Virus record (IMG/VR): IMGVR_UViG_3300031994_002305
Span: 1 to 64,000 of that record
Length of the DNA stretch: 64,000 nucleotides
DNA from: a virus
Lineage: Duplodnaviria; Heunggongvirae; Uroviricota; Caudoviricetes
Reading direction: 5' to 3' (one strand)
Part shown: positions 1-11,472 of the stretch, one piece after another
Layout of the letters: every line of letters begins with the position of its first letter
Position numbering within the stretch: the first letter of the stretch is position 1
The notes under the pieces: generated by a model
What the model saw: only the letters and a program-made list of their open reading frames with translations
What the model was told of the DNA's origin: nothing
The model's database searches: none
Translations under genes and position numbers: made by a program

Positions 1-1
1 T

Positions 2-490
2 AATCAAGGACACATAGGTGGACAAGGCTCAAATGGTGTAGCTGGTGTTCAAGGTCCTGTAGGTAAACAAGCTGTTCCAACTACAGGCTATCGTGGTAAC
101 CAAGGTCATATAGGTGGACAAGGCTCAAATGGTGTAACTGGTGTTCAAGGTCCAGTAGGTAAACAAGGTGGAATTGGAGATACAGGCTATCGTGGTAATC
201 AAGGACACATAGGTGGACAAGGCTCAAATGGTGTAGCTGGTGTTCAAGGTCCTGTAGGTAAACAAGCTGTTCCAACTACAGGCTATCGTGGTAACCAAGG
301 TCATATAGGTGGACAAGGCTCAGCTGGTGTAGCTGGTGTTCAAGGTCCAGTAGGTAAACAAGGTGGAATTGGAGATACAGGCTATCGTGGTAATCAAGGA
401 CACATAGGTGGACAAGGCTCAAATGGTGTAGCTGGTGTTCAAGGTCCTGCCGGTTTACAAGGTGGAAAGGGAAATACAGGTATTCGTGGT
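2..490 (+). repeat. Coding tandem repeat: alternating 96 bp and 99 bp units (195 bp higher-order period)
   Basis: Units 2-97 and 197-292 are 32 codons; units 98-196 and 293-391 are 33 codons; a diverged unit follows at 392-490. Confidence 0.92.
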
Positions 491-1330
491 AACCAAGGTC
501 ACATGGGTGCACAAGGTGATGGTGGTGCTGCTGGTGCAATGGGTGTTATTGGTGCACAAGGCGGTACAGGAACAAATGGTCAATGGGGTTGGAAAGGTGT
601 GCAAGGCTCAAAAGGTGTTATTGGTACACAAGGTAATCCAGGCCCAGGTGCTACAAATGTTTTATATAATAACACTTCTCAAACAACAACTGAGTCTTGT
701 GTCATAACATTTAGTACACAAAATGATCGTACTGTAATTCAGCCTTCAAGAAACAATTATGGATATATAGGTGCAAAAGATAAAATGTTTTATAAAATAT
801 ATACATCTACGATTAGTGATGATAACTATGACATATCAATTGGTACTTTACAATCCATAGTAAATGATTATGAGAATGGAGCTTTAGGTGGTTCATTAAC
901 ATTAACAAGAAATTCAACTGCATCATATAGAATTGTTGGTACTTCATTAAACGCAAGTGGATCTTCAAGTACGTTATATTTTAATACTGCATATTTCCAA
1001 GGTTCTGAATTGTATTCAGGTTCAGATATAAGACTTAAAGATAATATTAATGGAATTTCTGATGAATTTATTAAAAAGTTATTTGAATTAGATGATGTAA
1101 CTTATGAATTCATTTGGAAAGAATCAGGAATTAAATCTAATGGTTTTATTGCACAATATGCTGCAGAATATATGCCTGAAGTTGTTGGTTATGATAATGA
1201 AACAAATCAATATTCTGTTAATTATAACGCTGCATTATCTAAAGTAATTGGTGCAATCTTTAAGAAAGTTAAAGAACAACAAAAAGAAATAGATAATTTA
1301 AAAGAACAATTGAATAAGTTATCAAAATAA
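2..1330 (+). CDS. Collagen-like tail fibre protein, 3' part (5'-truncated by the window), with C-terminal peptidase S74 intramolecular chaperone
   Basis: Frame 2 is open from base 2 through the tracked ORF 503..1330. It has continuous Gly-X-Y repeats (NQGHIGGQGSNGVAGVQGPVGKQ...), then the SDIRLKDNI autocleavage motif, GFIAQ and a C-terminal coiled coil. Confidence 0.9.
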   Translation, partial: NQGHIGGQGSNGVAGVQGPVGKQAVPTTGYRGNQGHIGGQGSNGVTGVQGPVGKQGGIGDTGYRGNQGHIGGQGSNGVAGVQGPVGKQAVPTTGYRGNQGHIGGQGSAGVAGVQGPVGKQGGIGDTGYRGNQGHIGGQGSNGVAGVQGPAGLQGGKGNTGIRGNQGHMGAQGDGGAAGAMGVIGAQGGTGTNGQWGWKGVQGSKGVIGTQGNPGPGATNVLYNNTSQTTTESCVITFSTQNDRTVIQPSRNNYGYIGAKDKMFYKIYTSTISDDNYDISIGTLQSIVNDYENGALGGSLTLTRNSTASYRIVGTSLNASGSSSTLYFNTAYFQGSELYSGSDIRLKDNINGISDEFIKKLFELDDVTYEFIWKESGIKSNGFIAQYAAEYMPEVVGYDNETNQYSVNYNAALSKVIGAIFKKVKEQQKEIDNLKEQLNKLSK

Positions 1331-1351
1331 TATTTAAATTACATCTTTATG

Positions 1352-1390
1352 AAGGTTATAGGTTTTGAAATATAAATCTATAACCTTTTT
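1352..1390 (+). terminator. Intrinsic terminator after the tail fibre gene
   Basis: AAGGTTATAG...CTATAACCTT stem followed by a T-run. Confidence 0.75.
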
Positions 1391-1455
1391 GATTTTATTA
1401 TATGTTAATTTCTATTTTATTATAAAAGATATTAATTAAAGTTAAATAATAAAAA

Positions 1456-2709
1456 ATGTTAAGTACAAGTATTGGATATTCATATAATGATATAACTATT
1501 ATTCCTTCAGTTATATCAGATATTAGTTCACGTTCAGAATGTAACCCGTTTATTGGAAATACGAAAAATTGGTTACCAATATTTACAGCACCTATGGCAA
1601 GCGTTGTTTCTGAAAATAATATTGATACATTTTTGGAAAATGGAATTACACCAATAATACCAAGAAATATCGATTTAGAAATTCGTAAAAAAGAGATGAA
1701 TAATCAATCGTGGGTTGCTTTATCATTATTGGAATTTGAAGATTTATTTATAAATAATTATTTAGATAGAATTGGTGATTTTAGAACACATTATTTTATA
1801 TGTGTAGATATTGCAAATGGACATATGAAGTCATTATATGATAAATGTGTTAAAGCAAAAAATTTAGCAAAAGATAATAGTTATATGTTAACTATAATGA
1901 CTGGTAATATTGCAAATGCTAAAACTTATAGATGGATTTGTGATAATTGTTATATAAAAAATGAACATGGCCAATATGAATGTTGTATTGATTTTATAAG
2001 AGTAGGTATTGGAGGCGGGCACGGCTGTATCACTACAAGTAACACAAGTATCCACTATCCACAAGCTAGTCTTATTGATGAATGCCGAATGATAAAAGAT
2101 TCATATTGTAAAAGATATGCAAGAAAATTTCCAGCAATTGTAGCTGATGGCGGTATTCGTAATTATGATCATGTTATTAAAGCTCTTGCTCTTGGTGCAG
2201 ATTATGTAATGATTGGTAGTGTATTTGCACAATGTATCGAATCTGCGGGTGAAAAAACTAATAAAAATATTAATCAAAAAGTATCATTAAAAATACCAAC
2301 AGATAAGTATGAAAATTTTGAAATAGATTCAAAAGGAAATTGGTGGGCTTATTATACTGATGAAGCAATTAAACATTTAAGTGAACCGTGGAAAGAAGAA
2401 GCAGATAAATATGAGGAAAAATTAAAAGAATTAAAAGAAAAGAAATATATAGGACCTATTGATGTTAAGTTCTTTGGTATGGCTTCTGCAGATGGTCAAA
2501 AATCAATAGATGGAAAAAAGAAAAAAACAGCAGAAGGTATAACAAAGTATCTTCCTGTTAAATATACATTAGCTGGTTGGACTGAAAATATGATAAGTTA
2601 TTTACGTTCTGCTATGTCATATACAAATTGTAAAACAATATATGATTTTATTGGAAAACCAGAATTAATCATTAATAGTATATCTGAAATACAAGCAGTA
2701 AATAAATAA
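1456..2709 (+). CDS. IMP dehydrogenase/GMP reductase family enzyme (GMPR-like, no CBS domain)
   Basis: Motifs PIFTAPM, CVDIANGH, GNIA, RVGIGGGHGCITT (catalytic Cys), VADGGIR, KALALGADYVMIG, KFFGMAS, AEG and LRSAMSY. Confidence 0.88.
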   Translation: MLSTSIGYSYNDITIIPSVISDISSRSECNPFIGNTKNWLPIFTAPMASVVSENNIDTFLENGITPIIPRNIDLEIRKKEMNNQSWVALSLLEFEDLFINNYLDRIGDFRTHYFICVDIANGHMKSLYDKCVKAKNLAKDNSYMLTIMTGNIANAKTYRWICDNCYIKNEHGQYECCIDFIRVGIGGGHGCITTSNTSIHYPQASLIDECRMIKDSYCKRYARKFPAIVADGGIRNYDHVIKALALGADYVMIGSVFAQCIESAGEKTNKNINQKVSLKIPTDKYENFEIDSKGNWWAYYTDEAIKHLSEPWKEEADKYEEKLKELKEKKYIGPIDVKFFGMASADGQKSIDGKKKKTAEGITKYLPVKYTLAGWTENMISYLRSAMSYTNCKTIYDFIGKPELIINSISEIQAVNK

Positions 2710-2724
2710 AGCATTAGTAGATTA

Positions 2725-4008
2725 ATGAAAAAATTTACAAATAATTCATCATATAAAATAATACGAATAACTGATGATGAAAAAATTAAATTAACATTTG
2801 ATACTTGGTATCCTTGGGAAAAAAGAAATTTTGATATTATTAATATACCTAATGATAATAGTATTATTGATATAATATTAAATAATAATGAAATAGATGC
2901 TATCGTTGTTCAATTTGATGATATTCCAGAATTACCTATATTAAATTCATTGCCCGAATATTTTAAACGTCGTATATTTTATTATGATAAGAAAAATAAT
3001 TATGGAATAGATGTAGCGCTAAAAATTAATCATAATATTTTATCAAAATTCGATATACCAACATATTCATTAATTACACCTTTATATAATACAAAATTAG
3101 AATATTTTGAAAAATGTTATAATTCATTACGAAGTCAAACAATTAATGATTGGGAATGGGTTTTAGTAGATGATTCTCCAGAACCATTAAATGATATTAA
3201 AACATTTATAAAAAATCAAAATGATATTAGAATTAAATATTATAGAATATGCCCAACAAAAGGAAATATAGGTTTATCTAAATGGAGAGGAAATTGTATG
3301 TCAACAGGTAAGTGGTTAATAGAATTAGATCATGATGATATTTTATTACCATGGTGTTTAGAAACAATTTCAGAAGCAATTAAACTTTATCCAAATAATA
3401 AGTTTATATATTCAGATAATACTACAATCGATAAAAACGATAATGTTACATTATGTAATTATGGAAAAGATTATGAATGGGGTTTAGGCTATGGTCATTC
3501 ATATATATCCAAAACACCTAATGGAGATATTAGGACTGATTGGTCAGGACCAGTTAATTGTGCAACAATAAGACATATTGTAGGTGTACCTAATCATTTT
3601 AGATGTTGGGAACGTAATTTTTATTTTGAAATTGGTGGACATAATCAATGTATGAGAATTGCTGATGATTATGAATTATTAGTTAGATCATTCTTAAAAA
3701 CAAAATTTACTCATATAACAGCATGTTGTTATGCTCAACGTTTTGATGGTAATAATTCTCAATATAAAGAAAGTAAAGATTCAGATAACCAAGGTAATAT
3801 ACATGATATTCAACGTCGTGTTAGATTAACAACAATTTATTATGATGAACTAATTCATAATAGATTAGAAGAATTGGGATTAGATGATTCACATTGGGTT
3901 AAAGGTGATCCGCATGAAACAATATCAATATATGAAAAACTTCATTTACCAGAAATATGTGAAGATCAATATTTACCTGAATGGTCTAAAGATACAGATT
4001 TACATTAA
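2725..4008 (+). CDS. Glycosyltransferase family 2 protein with N-terminal extension
   Basis: Motifs SLITPLYN, SLRSQT, EWVLVDD, LDHDD (DxD) and ADDYEL. Confidence 0.85.
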   Translation: MKKFTNNSSYKIIRITDDEKIKLTFDTWYPWEKRNFDIINIPNDNSIIDIILNNNEIDAIVVQFDDIPELPILNSLPEYFKRRIFYYDKKNNYGIDVALKINHNILSKFDIPTYSLITPLYNTKLEYFEKCYNSLRSQTINDWEWVLVDDSPEPLNDIKTFIKNQNDIRIKYYRICPTKGNIGLSKWRGNCMSTGKWLIELDHDDILLPWCLETISEAIKLYPNNKFIYSDNTTIDKNDNVTLCNYGKDYEWGLGYGHSYISKTPNGDIRTDWSGPVNCATIRHIVGVPNHFRCWERNFYFEIGGHNQCMRIADDYELLVRSFLKTKFTHITACCYAQRFDGNNSQYKESKDSDNQGNIHDIQRRVRLTTIYYDELIHNRLEELGLDDSHWVKGDPHETISIYEKLHLPEICEDQYLPEWSKDTDLH

Positions 4009-4023
4009 TCTGTATCTTTTTTT
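3988..4023 (+). terminator. Intrinsic terminator
   Basis: AAAGATACAGATT/AATCTGTATCTTT stem plus T-run. Confidence 0.8.
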
Positions 4024-4046
4024 AATTAAAATTATTCTATATAATA

Positions 4047-4077
4047 TTTGAATTTTCTTATTTTATTACTATATTAT
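4047..4077 (+). promoter_or_regulatory. Early promoter, TTTG-N19-TATATTAT class
   Basis: One of nine fixed-spacing copies; heads a small-gene array. Confidence 0.65.
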
Positions 4078-4134
4078 TTATGTATGGCAGTTAACATAAA
4101 AACTTCATTAATATTGTAATAAAAATCAAATAAT

Positions 4135-6033
4135 ATGAATAATAGAAAAAGACCACAGTACATCGAAAAACAGTTGAATGAGATTAATGATATTTTTCGT
4201 TCAATTAAGTTAAAAGATGAAGACAGATATAATAATGATTTGTTTACTTGGTTTACAAATTATTTGCTTCATAATAATTGGTATCGTGGTTATAATATGT
4301 ATGTTGATATGACTGATACTAATGGAGAATTTTTAGGTCGTGGGTTGGCTGGTCCTGATTATAAAAATAAAGATTATTATATTCAAATTTGGTAATTTGG
4401 AGAAATTAACATTATATTCAAATTTGGTAAACATGTTTAATAAAGGAAAGATTGTATTTGATCCAACTGTAGAACGTATTTATAATCAGTATATTGAGAA
4501 AACTATGTGTTCTGGTATGGTTGATGTTAAAGAGTTTTTTCAAAAGGTATTTGAAAATGGTTATCATGAAGGATATAATGATGGTCAAGCAGATGCTGTA
4601 AATCATGGTAATATGACAGTGAAAAAATGTAGATATTAAATATTAATAAACATGTTAGCTAAAAAGGTTAAAGTATCTAAAACATCTACAAAAGATCCTG
4701 AAATTATTGAAGCTTGGTTGAAAGCTGGTAAAAACCTTACAACAACTGTAATGGATGGTAAAATAAGGTTATGGTTAAAATGGGGAGTTGTTTGGATGGA
4801 AGATAGATGTTCAGTTGCAGATCCTCTTTATGATGGCCGTTGTAAACAACAGAATATTATGGAGATTGTATTTGATGAGTTCATGGAGAAATGGGTATAT
4901 GAACATAAATTTGAGTTTTCGCTAGTAGAAGATTAAATTAATATGACATTAGATAATTTTATACAATACTTAATTGAGTTAAGAGACAAACATAATGCTG
5001 GTTCTTATACAGTAATGAATAATGAATTAGTTTATGATGTTATTTGTGGAGAAATAGATAATGTATGTGGAGAACCTATACTTATGGATTCTAATCATGT
5101 TTTAGTTGATCATATAAGTAAAACATTACAAATTAATTTTGTTGATAATAATAAATGTATTTAATATGAGAAATAGAGCATATCGTAGAAATGTAGAATC
5201 ACTCCATTTGGCAAAACGTAAAAGAATTATAAATATTATTAAAGAGTGGGGATTAACTGATGAGCAGATTAAAGTTGGTCAGGATCATGCAGTTAATTGG
5301 ATGTCTAATGAATGGTGGGCAGATTCTTATAAAAAGAAATGTAATCGTAAACGCCGTCATGAATTTAAAAGAAATATAATAAAAGAAAAATATGAATAAA
5401 GAAAATTTTTACTTCGATGCTGAATATGCACATAAGATGACTGATGAAATTGCCAATGGCAAATTACAAGAAGATTTAGATAAAGTATATAAATATATTA
5501 ATTCAGCAATGAGTAAAGGTGAATATAGATGTGTAATTGACTTTGGAAATAGAACAATTTCTGACTTTCTAATTAATAAACTTAAAGCAAGTAAGTTTAA
5601 AATTGATGTATGGCATGGTGACCAAAGAGATCCAGCAAATGATTTAATTATAACTTGGTAAATTATGTGGAAACATCCTAAAGAATTAAATAAGATTGGA
5701 GATTTTTCAAAACCAATTATTTATTGGACTTGGAATAATAAGTGTAATATATTCAAAGATCTAATAGTTTTCTATGGAGGTAAACCCGAAAATGTTGGAA
5801 CTCTTGAACAACATATAGATAATTGGCTGTGGAAAGTTAAGAAATATAATATTAAGTGGTGGCAATTTGTAGAAGAATTATCTCCTTGTGGTTTAATTGG
5901 ATTCAATGGTAATAAACCTTATGGATGTGAAGAACACGAAATAACAAGAGAACTTTGGGATGCTATTGGTAATAATGATTTAGAATTACAATATAAATTA
6001 ATTTTGGAAATTACTGGGGATGAAAAGGAGTGA
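4135..6033 (+). other. Array of about 7 small hypothetical early genes
   Basis: Tightly packed + strand ORFs of 73-122 aa with no recognisable motifs. Confidence 0.7.
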
Positions 6034-6096
6034 AGCATTTATTGAGAGAGTTAAAGAAACTATTATAAATAAATATACTGAATATTCGCATTAAAA

Positions 6097-6654
6097 ATGA
6101 AAACAAATAAAGAACTTGAAAATAAAGGTAAATTCATGTCATTTATATTAAGACATGGAAAAGAAGAATATGACGCTGGTTTAATTGATGAAAATGGCTG
6201 GATGTCTGTTGATGATTTAGCATCATTAAAAGGTTTATCAAAAGAACTTATTGATGAAATTGTCAATACAAACAATAAGTCAAGATATGAATATAATGAA
6301 GATAAAACAAAGATACGAGCAAGACAAGGGCATTCAATACCCGTAAATGTAGAAATGAGAAAAGCACAAATAACACGCGAAAATCCGTATCTTTATCATG
6401 GTACTTCAGATAGATTTATTGAAAGCATTAAAGTAAATGGATTACTCCCCCAATCACGCCAATATGTTCATTTATCTGGAGATAAGAAAACTGCTATTAA
6501 TGTAGGATTACGTCATGGTGGAAAAACTGTAATTATAATTATAGATGCATTCCAAATGATACAAGATGGAATTGATATTTATATTTCAAACAATGGCGTT
6601 TATAATACAAAAAAGGTAGATATAAAATATTTTAAAAATTTTATTTATGATTGA
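6097..6654 (+). CDS. kptA: RNA 2'-phosphotransferase, Tpt1/KptA family
   Basis: Motifs ILRH, KSRY, IRARQGHS, LYHGT, RQYVHLS and VGLRHG. Confidence 0.93.
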   Translation: MKTNKELENKGKFMSFILRHGKEEYDAGLIDENGWMSVDDLASLKGLSKELIDEIVNTNNKSRYEYNEDKTKIRARQGHSIPVNVEMRKAQITRENPYLYHGTSDRFIESIKVNGLLPQSRQYVHLSGDKKTAINVGLRHGGKTVIIIIDAFQMIQDGIDIYISNNGVYNTKKVDIKYFKNFIYD

Positions 6655-7963
6655 ATTAATAGGAAAATATACATCTGCAAAAATATTTGCTGAAACAATA
6701 GAAGAAGGGGTATATGGACAAGTATATGATATAATTAATTGTCCTGCATTTGCTAATCAAAAAGTTGTGTGCATGCCTGATGTACATGTAGGTGCTTCTG
6801 GTCCATGTGGATTAGTTGCATCTATTGGTGATTATATATGTCCTGAACATATTGGTGTTGATATTGGATGTTCAGTATCAATGATGATATTAGATAAGAA
6901 AGTTCCTACAGATAAGTATGCTGAATTAGAACGTAGAATTAAGAATAAAGTTCCATTTGGATTTAATTTGAATGGACATGTTGTTATTGATGAAAAGGAA
7001 TTTAGAAAATTCTTAATGAATGGTTTTAATAAGTATCGTAACTATTGGCCAGAGATGCTTATGGATCTTCCTAATGAAGTTACTGAAAAGTGGATATCTA
7101 ACCAGTTGAAGAGATTGAATATGGATGAAGGTGTATTCTATAAGTCTCTTGGCACAGTTGGCGGAGGCAATCATTTTATCGAATATGATGAACAGGAAGA
7201 TGGTAATTTAGCAGGTATAACACTCCATTTTGGTTCTCGTAATTTTGGTGTTAAGGTTTGTAAATATTGGATGCAGAAAACTACTCAACCAATGTCAAAA
7301 GATGAGATGAAAGAAACCATGGAAAACTTTAAGAAGAACTATAAAGCTACTCATACTAATATGAAAGAATTCCAGACTGCTAAGGATGAATTCATTAAGA
7401 AAATTAAAGAGAAGCATATTAATGGTTATCTTTCTGGAGAATTAATGAAGGGTTACTTAATGGATATGTGTTTTGCACAACTTTATGCACAGTTTAATCA
7501 TATGACTGTACAGAAGACTATTAAGGAATTATTACAGAAATATGGAATTAAGGAAGTAAGAACAATTACATCTACTCATAATTTTGTAGATCTTCATGAT
7601 CATACATTGAGAAAATCAGCAATTCGTTCTTATGAGGGTGAAGAGATGTTGGTTCCATTTAATATGAGAGATGGAGTAGCAATTTGTGAAGGTCTTTCAA
7701 ATCCTGAATGGCTTAATGCTTGCGCTCATGGAGCTGGCCGTAAAATGTCACGTTCTAAGGCAAAGCAGAATGTTACTATGAAGGAGTTTGAAGAATCCAT
7801 GAAAAATGTTTATTCAACTACAGTATGTAAGGGAACTATTGATGAATCACCTATGGCTTATAAGGATACTAATGAGATTCGTGAGTTGATTAAGGAAACT
7901 TGTAAGATTAAGTTCATGATGATTCCTAAGATTAATATTAAAGCAGCAGATGGTGGAGATTGA
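6647..7963 (+). CDS. rtcB: RtcB family 3'-phosphate RNA ligase
   Basis: Motifs MPDVHVG, IGVDIGC, LGTVGGGNHFIE, HFGSR, HN, AHGAGRKMSR and DESPMAYK. Confidence 0.95.
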   Translation: MIELIGKYTSAKIFAETIEEGVYGQVYDIINCPAFANQKVVCMPDVHVGASGPCGLVASIGDYICPEHIGVDIGCSVSMMILDKKVPTDKYAELERRIKNKVPFGFNLNGHVVIDEKEFRKFLMNGFNKYRNYWPEMLMDLPNEVTEKWISNQLKRLNMDEGVFYKSLGTVGGGNHFIEYDEQEDGNLAGITLHFGSRNFGVKVCKYWMQKTTQPMSKDEMKETMENFKKNYKATHTNMKEFQTAKDEFIKKIKEKHINGYLSGELMKGYLMDMCFAQLYAQFNHMTVQKTIKELLQKYGIKEVRTITSTHNFVDLHDHTLRKSAIRSYEGEEMLVPFNMRDGVAICEGLSNPEWLNACAHGAGRKMSRSKAKQNVTMKEFEESMKNVYSTTVCKGTIDESPMAYKDTNEIRELIKETCKIKFMMIPKINIKAADGGD

Positions 7964-7978
7964 TCTCCACCATCTTTT
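7948..7978 (+). terminator. Intrinsic terminator overlapping the rtcB stop codon
   Basis: Perfect AGATGGTGGAGAT/ATCTCCACCATCT inverted repeat plus Ts. Confidence 0.85.
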
Positions 7979-8312
7979 AATAATCATTTAATATTATGAG
8001 TAGATTTATAAAGTGTAAAGAATGCCATTTTAATTTATCGCATGATAGCAATAAAATAGCTTGTAATGCAGGTTATGATGTTATTGTTTCAATAGCTGAA
8101 GAAAATGCTGGCTGTAATTATGGGGCATATACTGAAGAGATATTCCCAGATATAGAAGATTAATGGAAAGATATGACAATTAATGTTGATACTGGTAAAA
8201 TTGATAAAGAGTGCGAATTAAATCGTAGTTATGGCTGCAGTGGTTGCATACATTATTATGATGAAAGCAATACTGTATGCAAACGTGGTTGTATACATTA
8301 TTTAAGAAAATT

Positions 8313-9134
8313 ATGACACAAGAAGAAAAAGCAAGAGCCTATGATGAGGCAATTAAAAAAGCAAAGTCTAAAATTAAAAATGATAAAGATCATATTCTTT
8401 ATGAGAACGATATTTTAGACATTTTTTTCGAACTCAAAGAGAGCGAGGATGAGAAAGTTATAAGAGATATAAAAGTTGTTTTGGAACGCTCTGCAACAAA
8501 GTTTTTCAAGGAAGAAGGTAAAATGCCAGTTTGGTATGATAGAGCTATGGCTTGGCTTGAAAAGCAAGGTGAAAATACTTATAATAAAGAATTGTCAGAA
8601 TTGTTACACAAAGTAATTTGTAGATTTATTAATGACCCAGATATTCCATATTCTGATAGAGAGAAAGTTTCAATGGAAGTATTTCCTTACGTTGAACGGC
8701 TTGAAAAACAATGTGAGCAGAAGCCTGCTGATAAGGTTGAGTCAAAGTTTAAGGTAGGTGATTGGGTAGTATCTCCGAATGGAGTTTGTTGGCATATAGA
8801 CAAGATAGAAGATGGAAGATATTATGTTTCTTGTGAAACAGGAGAGTGTGCAGACTGGCCTATAAGTAGCGAAGATTTATACCATCAATGGACTATCCTA
8901 GATGCAAAGGATGGTGATGTACTTTTTTCAAGAAATTCATTCATATATGGTAAACAATGTCCTTATGGGGGACTTAATTGGTATACGGGTAAATTTATTA
9001 AAGCATCTAATTTTATATTCAAAGATGGTCCCGTTCATCCAGCAACAAAAGAACAACGTAATATCTTGTTCAAAAAAATGAAAGAAGCCGGTTATGAATG
9101 GAATGCTGAGAAGAAAAAGTTAAAGAAGATTTAG
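8313..9134 (+). CDS. Hypothetical protein of a family recalled from Bacteroidales/Prevotella phages
   Basis: Blocks MTQEEKARAYDEA, WLEKQGE, KFKVGDWVV and HPATKEQR...AGYEW. Start moved to ATG 8313 because the upstream part overlaps a small Cys-rich ORF. Confidence 0.6.
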   Translation: MTQEEKARAYDEAIKKAKSKIKNDKDHILYENDILDIFFELKESEDEKVIRDIKVVLERSATKFFKEEGKMPVWYDRAMAWLEKQGENTYNKELSELLHKVICRFINDPDIPYSDREKVSMEVFPYVERLEKQCEQKPADKVESKFKVGDWVVSPNGVCWHIDKIEDGRYYVSCETGECADWPISSEDLYHQWTILDAKDGDVLFSRNSFIYGKQCPYGGLNWYTGKFIKASNFIFKDGPVHPATKEQRNILFKKMKEAGYEWNAEKKKLKKI

Positions 9135-9911
9135 CATAAGTCTGTAGAGTGAAGTGAGGAAGATAAAAATACAAATAATATGGATAGTATAGATTTTGAA
9201 TTAATAAAACAATTAATAAAAGAAAAATATCCTGATAAAAAAGAGTATGCAGAAAATTTAAAATTACTTTATAAAAGATATATGAATTCTTTTTATACGC
9301 CATGCGCATCTAAATATTTTTACTTTTATGAAAACATTAATTAAGTTATGAATATAATAGAAAAAAATATATTAAAATTTGATAATGATTGGAAGCCAGC
9401 TACTTATAATCCTAATAAAGAAGGTTTCTATATGACTATTCGTTGTGGGCTTGGTGGTATCTACACAATGCTTAATGAATGGAAAGATAATAGTTGGCAA
9501 ACTAAAGTTACAGATGACTCAACTACTATTGCTTATTCAAAAGAACAGATTACGGAAGAACAAGTTAAAGAATGGTGTAATAATATAATAAATAAATATA
9601 AGAATAATGAATAAACTTTTAAAATGGTGGAAACGTAAACATTTTAATTTACGTCAAGCATGCATAGACAAATACTCAAAAGAGTATGGAGAAGATGCTG
9701 GAAAAGAATTTGGTGAAATGTATGATACGCTTAATTGTGGTGGAACCATTGGTGGATTCTTAGAAACAGCAACATTCATACAAATGGTTGAAGATGTTAA
9801 GAAAGAAAGTGGACTATGGTAGATGAATTATATTTATTGATTAATATAATTTTATTAATCTTATGTGTATATTTTGGATTTAAAGTAATTGATGCAGAAA
9901 ATTAAATATAA

Positions 9912-9942
9912 TTTGAAAAAATAATATTATTGTCTATATTAT
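9912..9942 (+). promoter_or_regulatory. Early promoter, TTTG-N19-TATATTAT class
   Basis: Fixed-spacing motif upstream of ORF 9961. Confidence 0.65.
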
Positions 9943-10388
9943 ATATGTAATTAAGATAATATGAATGCAATAACATTTCATTGGAATACACCTGATATTG
10001 TACCTAAAGAAAAATATGAACCAATTTTATGTGTAACTAGAAATAATAAGTTATGCATATTTAGTTATGATCCATATAAAGAAATATGGAAAGAAAGGTG
10101 TCATTGGTTAAGATATAGAAGTTTTGAAAGCGTCGTTAAACATTATGGAATTAAATATTGGGCATATCAAAGAGCAGTAATTTATGATAAGGAAATTATT
10201 TAAACGATGGAAAGAAGTTAAAGCACTTATTAATGCTGATGAATATTTTTTAGTTGTTGCTAATCAAAAAAATAATATTGAACCTTGGAGAGGTCCAATT
10301 GAATATGATTATATAAAAAATACAGATAGAGAAGTATTTTATAAATTTGTAAAAGATTATATAATTAAACAATTACATAAATAAATAT

Positions 10389-10835
10389 ATGAATAAAGTA
10401 TCAATTAATGGTAAGACATATACTGCTCCTGATGGAGTCAGTATTTCAGTATCTAATAATAAAGTTTATTTTAATGGTGAACTTGCCGAAGATTTTAATA
10501 ATTGGAAAGAAAAAAATATTGAAATTAAAGTTGAAGGCAATTGTAATAAAATAATTGCTGACGATGGTAATATTACAGTAAATGGAAATGTAGAAGAGGA
10601 TGTTTATGCTGATGCGGGTAATATCAATATTAAAGGTGATGTAAAAGGAAATGTAGATGCTAATTGCGGTAATATTTCTGCTAATCATATTAACGGTAAT
10701 GTTCGTACTGATTGCGGTAATATTAAGGGAGCTGCTCACACAGTAATTAATAATGGCTGGTTTAATTCTGTAACTCAACGAACAACTGTTAAAAAGAATT
10801 GGTTAAAAAATTTAATTGATGATATATTTGACTAA
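10389..10835 (+). CDS. Beta-solenoid repeat protein (bactofilin/DUF4097-like)
   Basis: Repeats of the GNI-x-x-x-G-x-V-x-G-x-V type. Confidence 0.55.
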   Translation: MNKVSINGKTYTAPDGVSISVSNNKVYFNGELAEDFNNWKEKNIEIKVEGNCNKIIADDGNITVNGNVEEDVYADAGNINIKGDVKGNVDANCGNISANHINGNVRTDCGNIKGAAHTVINNGWFNSVTQRTTVKKNWLKNLIDDIFD

Positions 10836-11106
10836 TGAAATTAAAAAAGATAATAGATTTATGTATTATTGAAGCTTCACAAAAATGTTTCGATACACTT
10901 TTTGAAAAACCATTTAAACAAAATTATAGACACTGTAAGTCTCGTAAAATAAAACAAGCACGTCGTTTTATAATTCGTAATCATTTACAATGGGCTCATG
11001 AAAAAGAAATAAGATTGATTGTAGATGATTATCATTATTGGATGGCTAGAAATTCTCATAAACTTTTACACCCTAATACACCGGATAATTTTTATTTGGA
11101 ATAATT

Positions 11107-11472
11107 ATGAATAAAGATATATTAAAAGAAAGAATACAAGTCAATTATAGAAAAGAATTCAAGAATGCAGTATTTACAAAAACAAAAGGTAAATGTTGTG
11201 TTCCTGGTTGTAATTGTGATGCTGTAGATGCCCACCATATTTTAGATAGACATTTGTGGGATGACGGTGGCTATATTCTTTCTAATGGTGCTGCATTATG
11301 TGAAAAACATCATTTAGATGCAGAAAATGGAATTATAACACCAAGACAATGTATTGAATATATGAATATATCTCCATCTGCAATTAAAAAACCAGATAAA
11401 ATTAAAGACCTGTCTTTTGGAGAATATTATGAATTATTAATGAGTGATAAGATTAATAAGTGGGGAGAATAA
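11107..11472 (+). CDS. HNH endonuclease-like protein
   Basis: CxxxxC...DAHH...SNGAALCEKHH. Confidence 0.8.
   Translation: MNKDILKERIQVNYRKEFKNAVFTKTKGKCCVPGCNCDAVDAHHILDRHLWDDGGYILSNGAALCEKHHLDAENGIITPRQCIEYMNISPSAIKKPDKIKDLSFGEYYELLMSDKINKWGE

Noticed and set aside
2-490. CRISPR array or non-coding repeat
   Set aside because: The units are contiguous, in frame and encode Gly-X-Y; there are no unique spacers.
81-707. ORFs 81..275(-), 276..539(-) and 435..707(+)
   Set aside because: Shadow frames of the collagen repeat.
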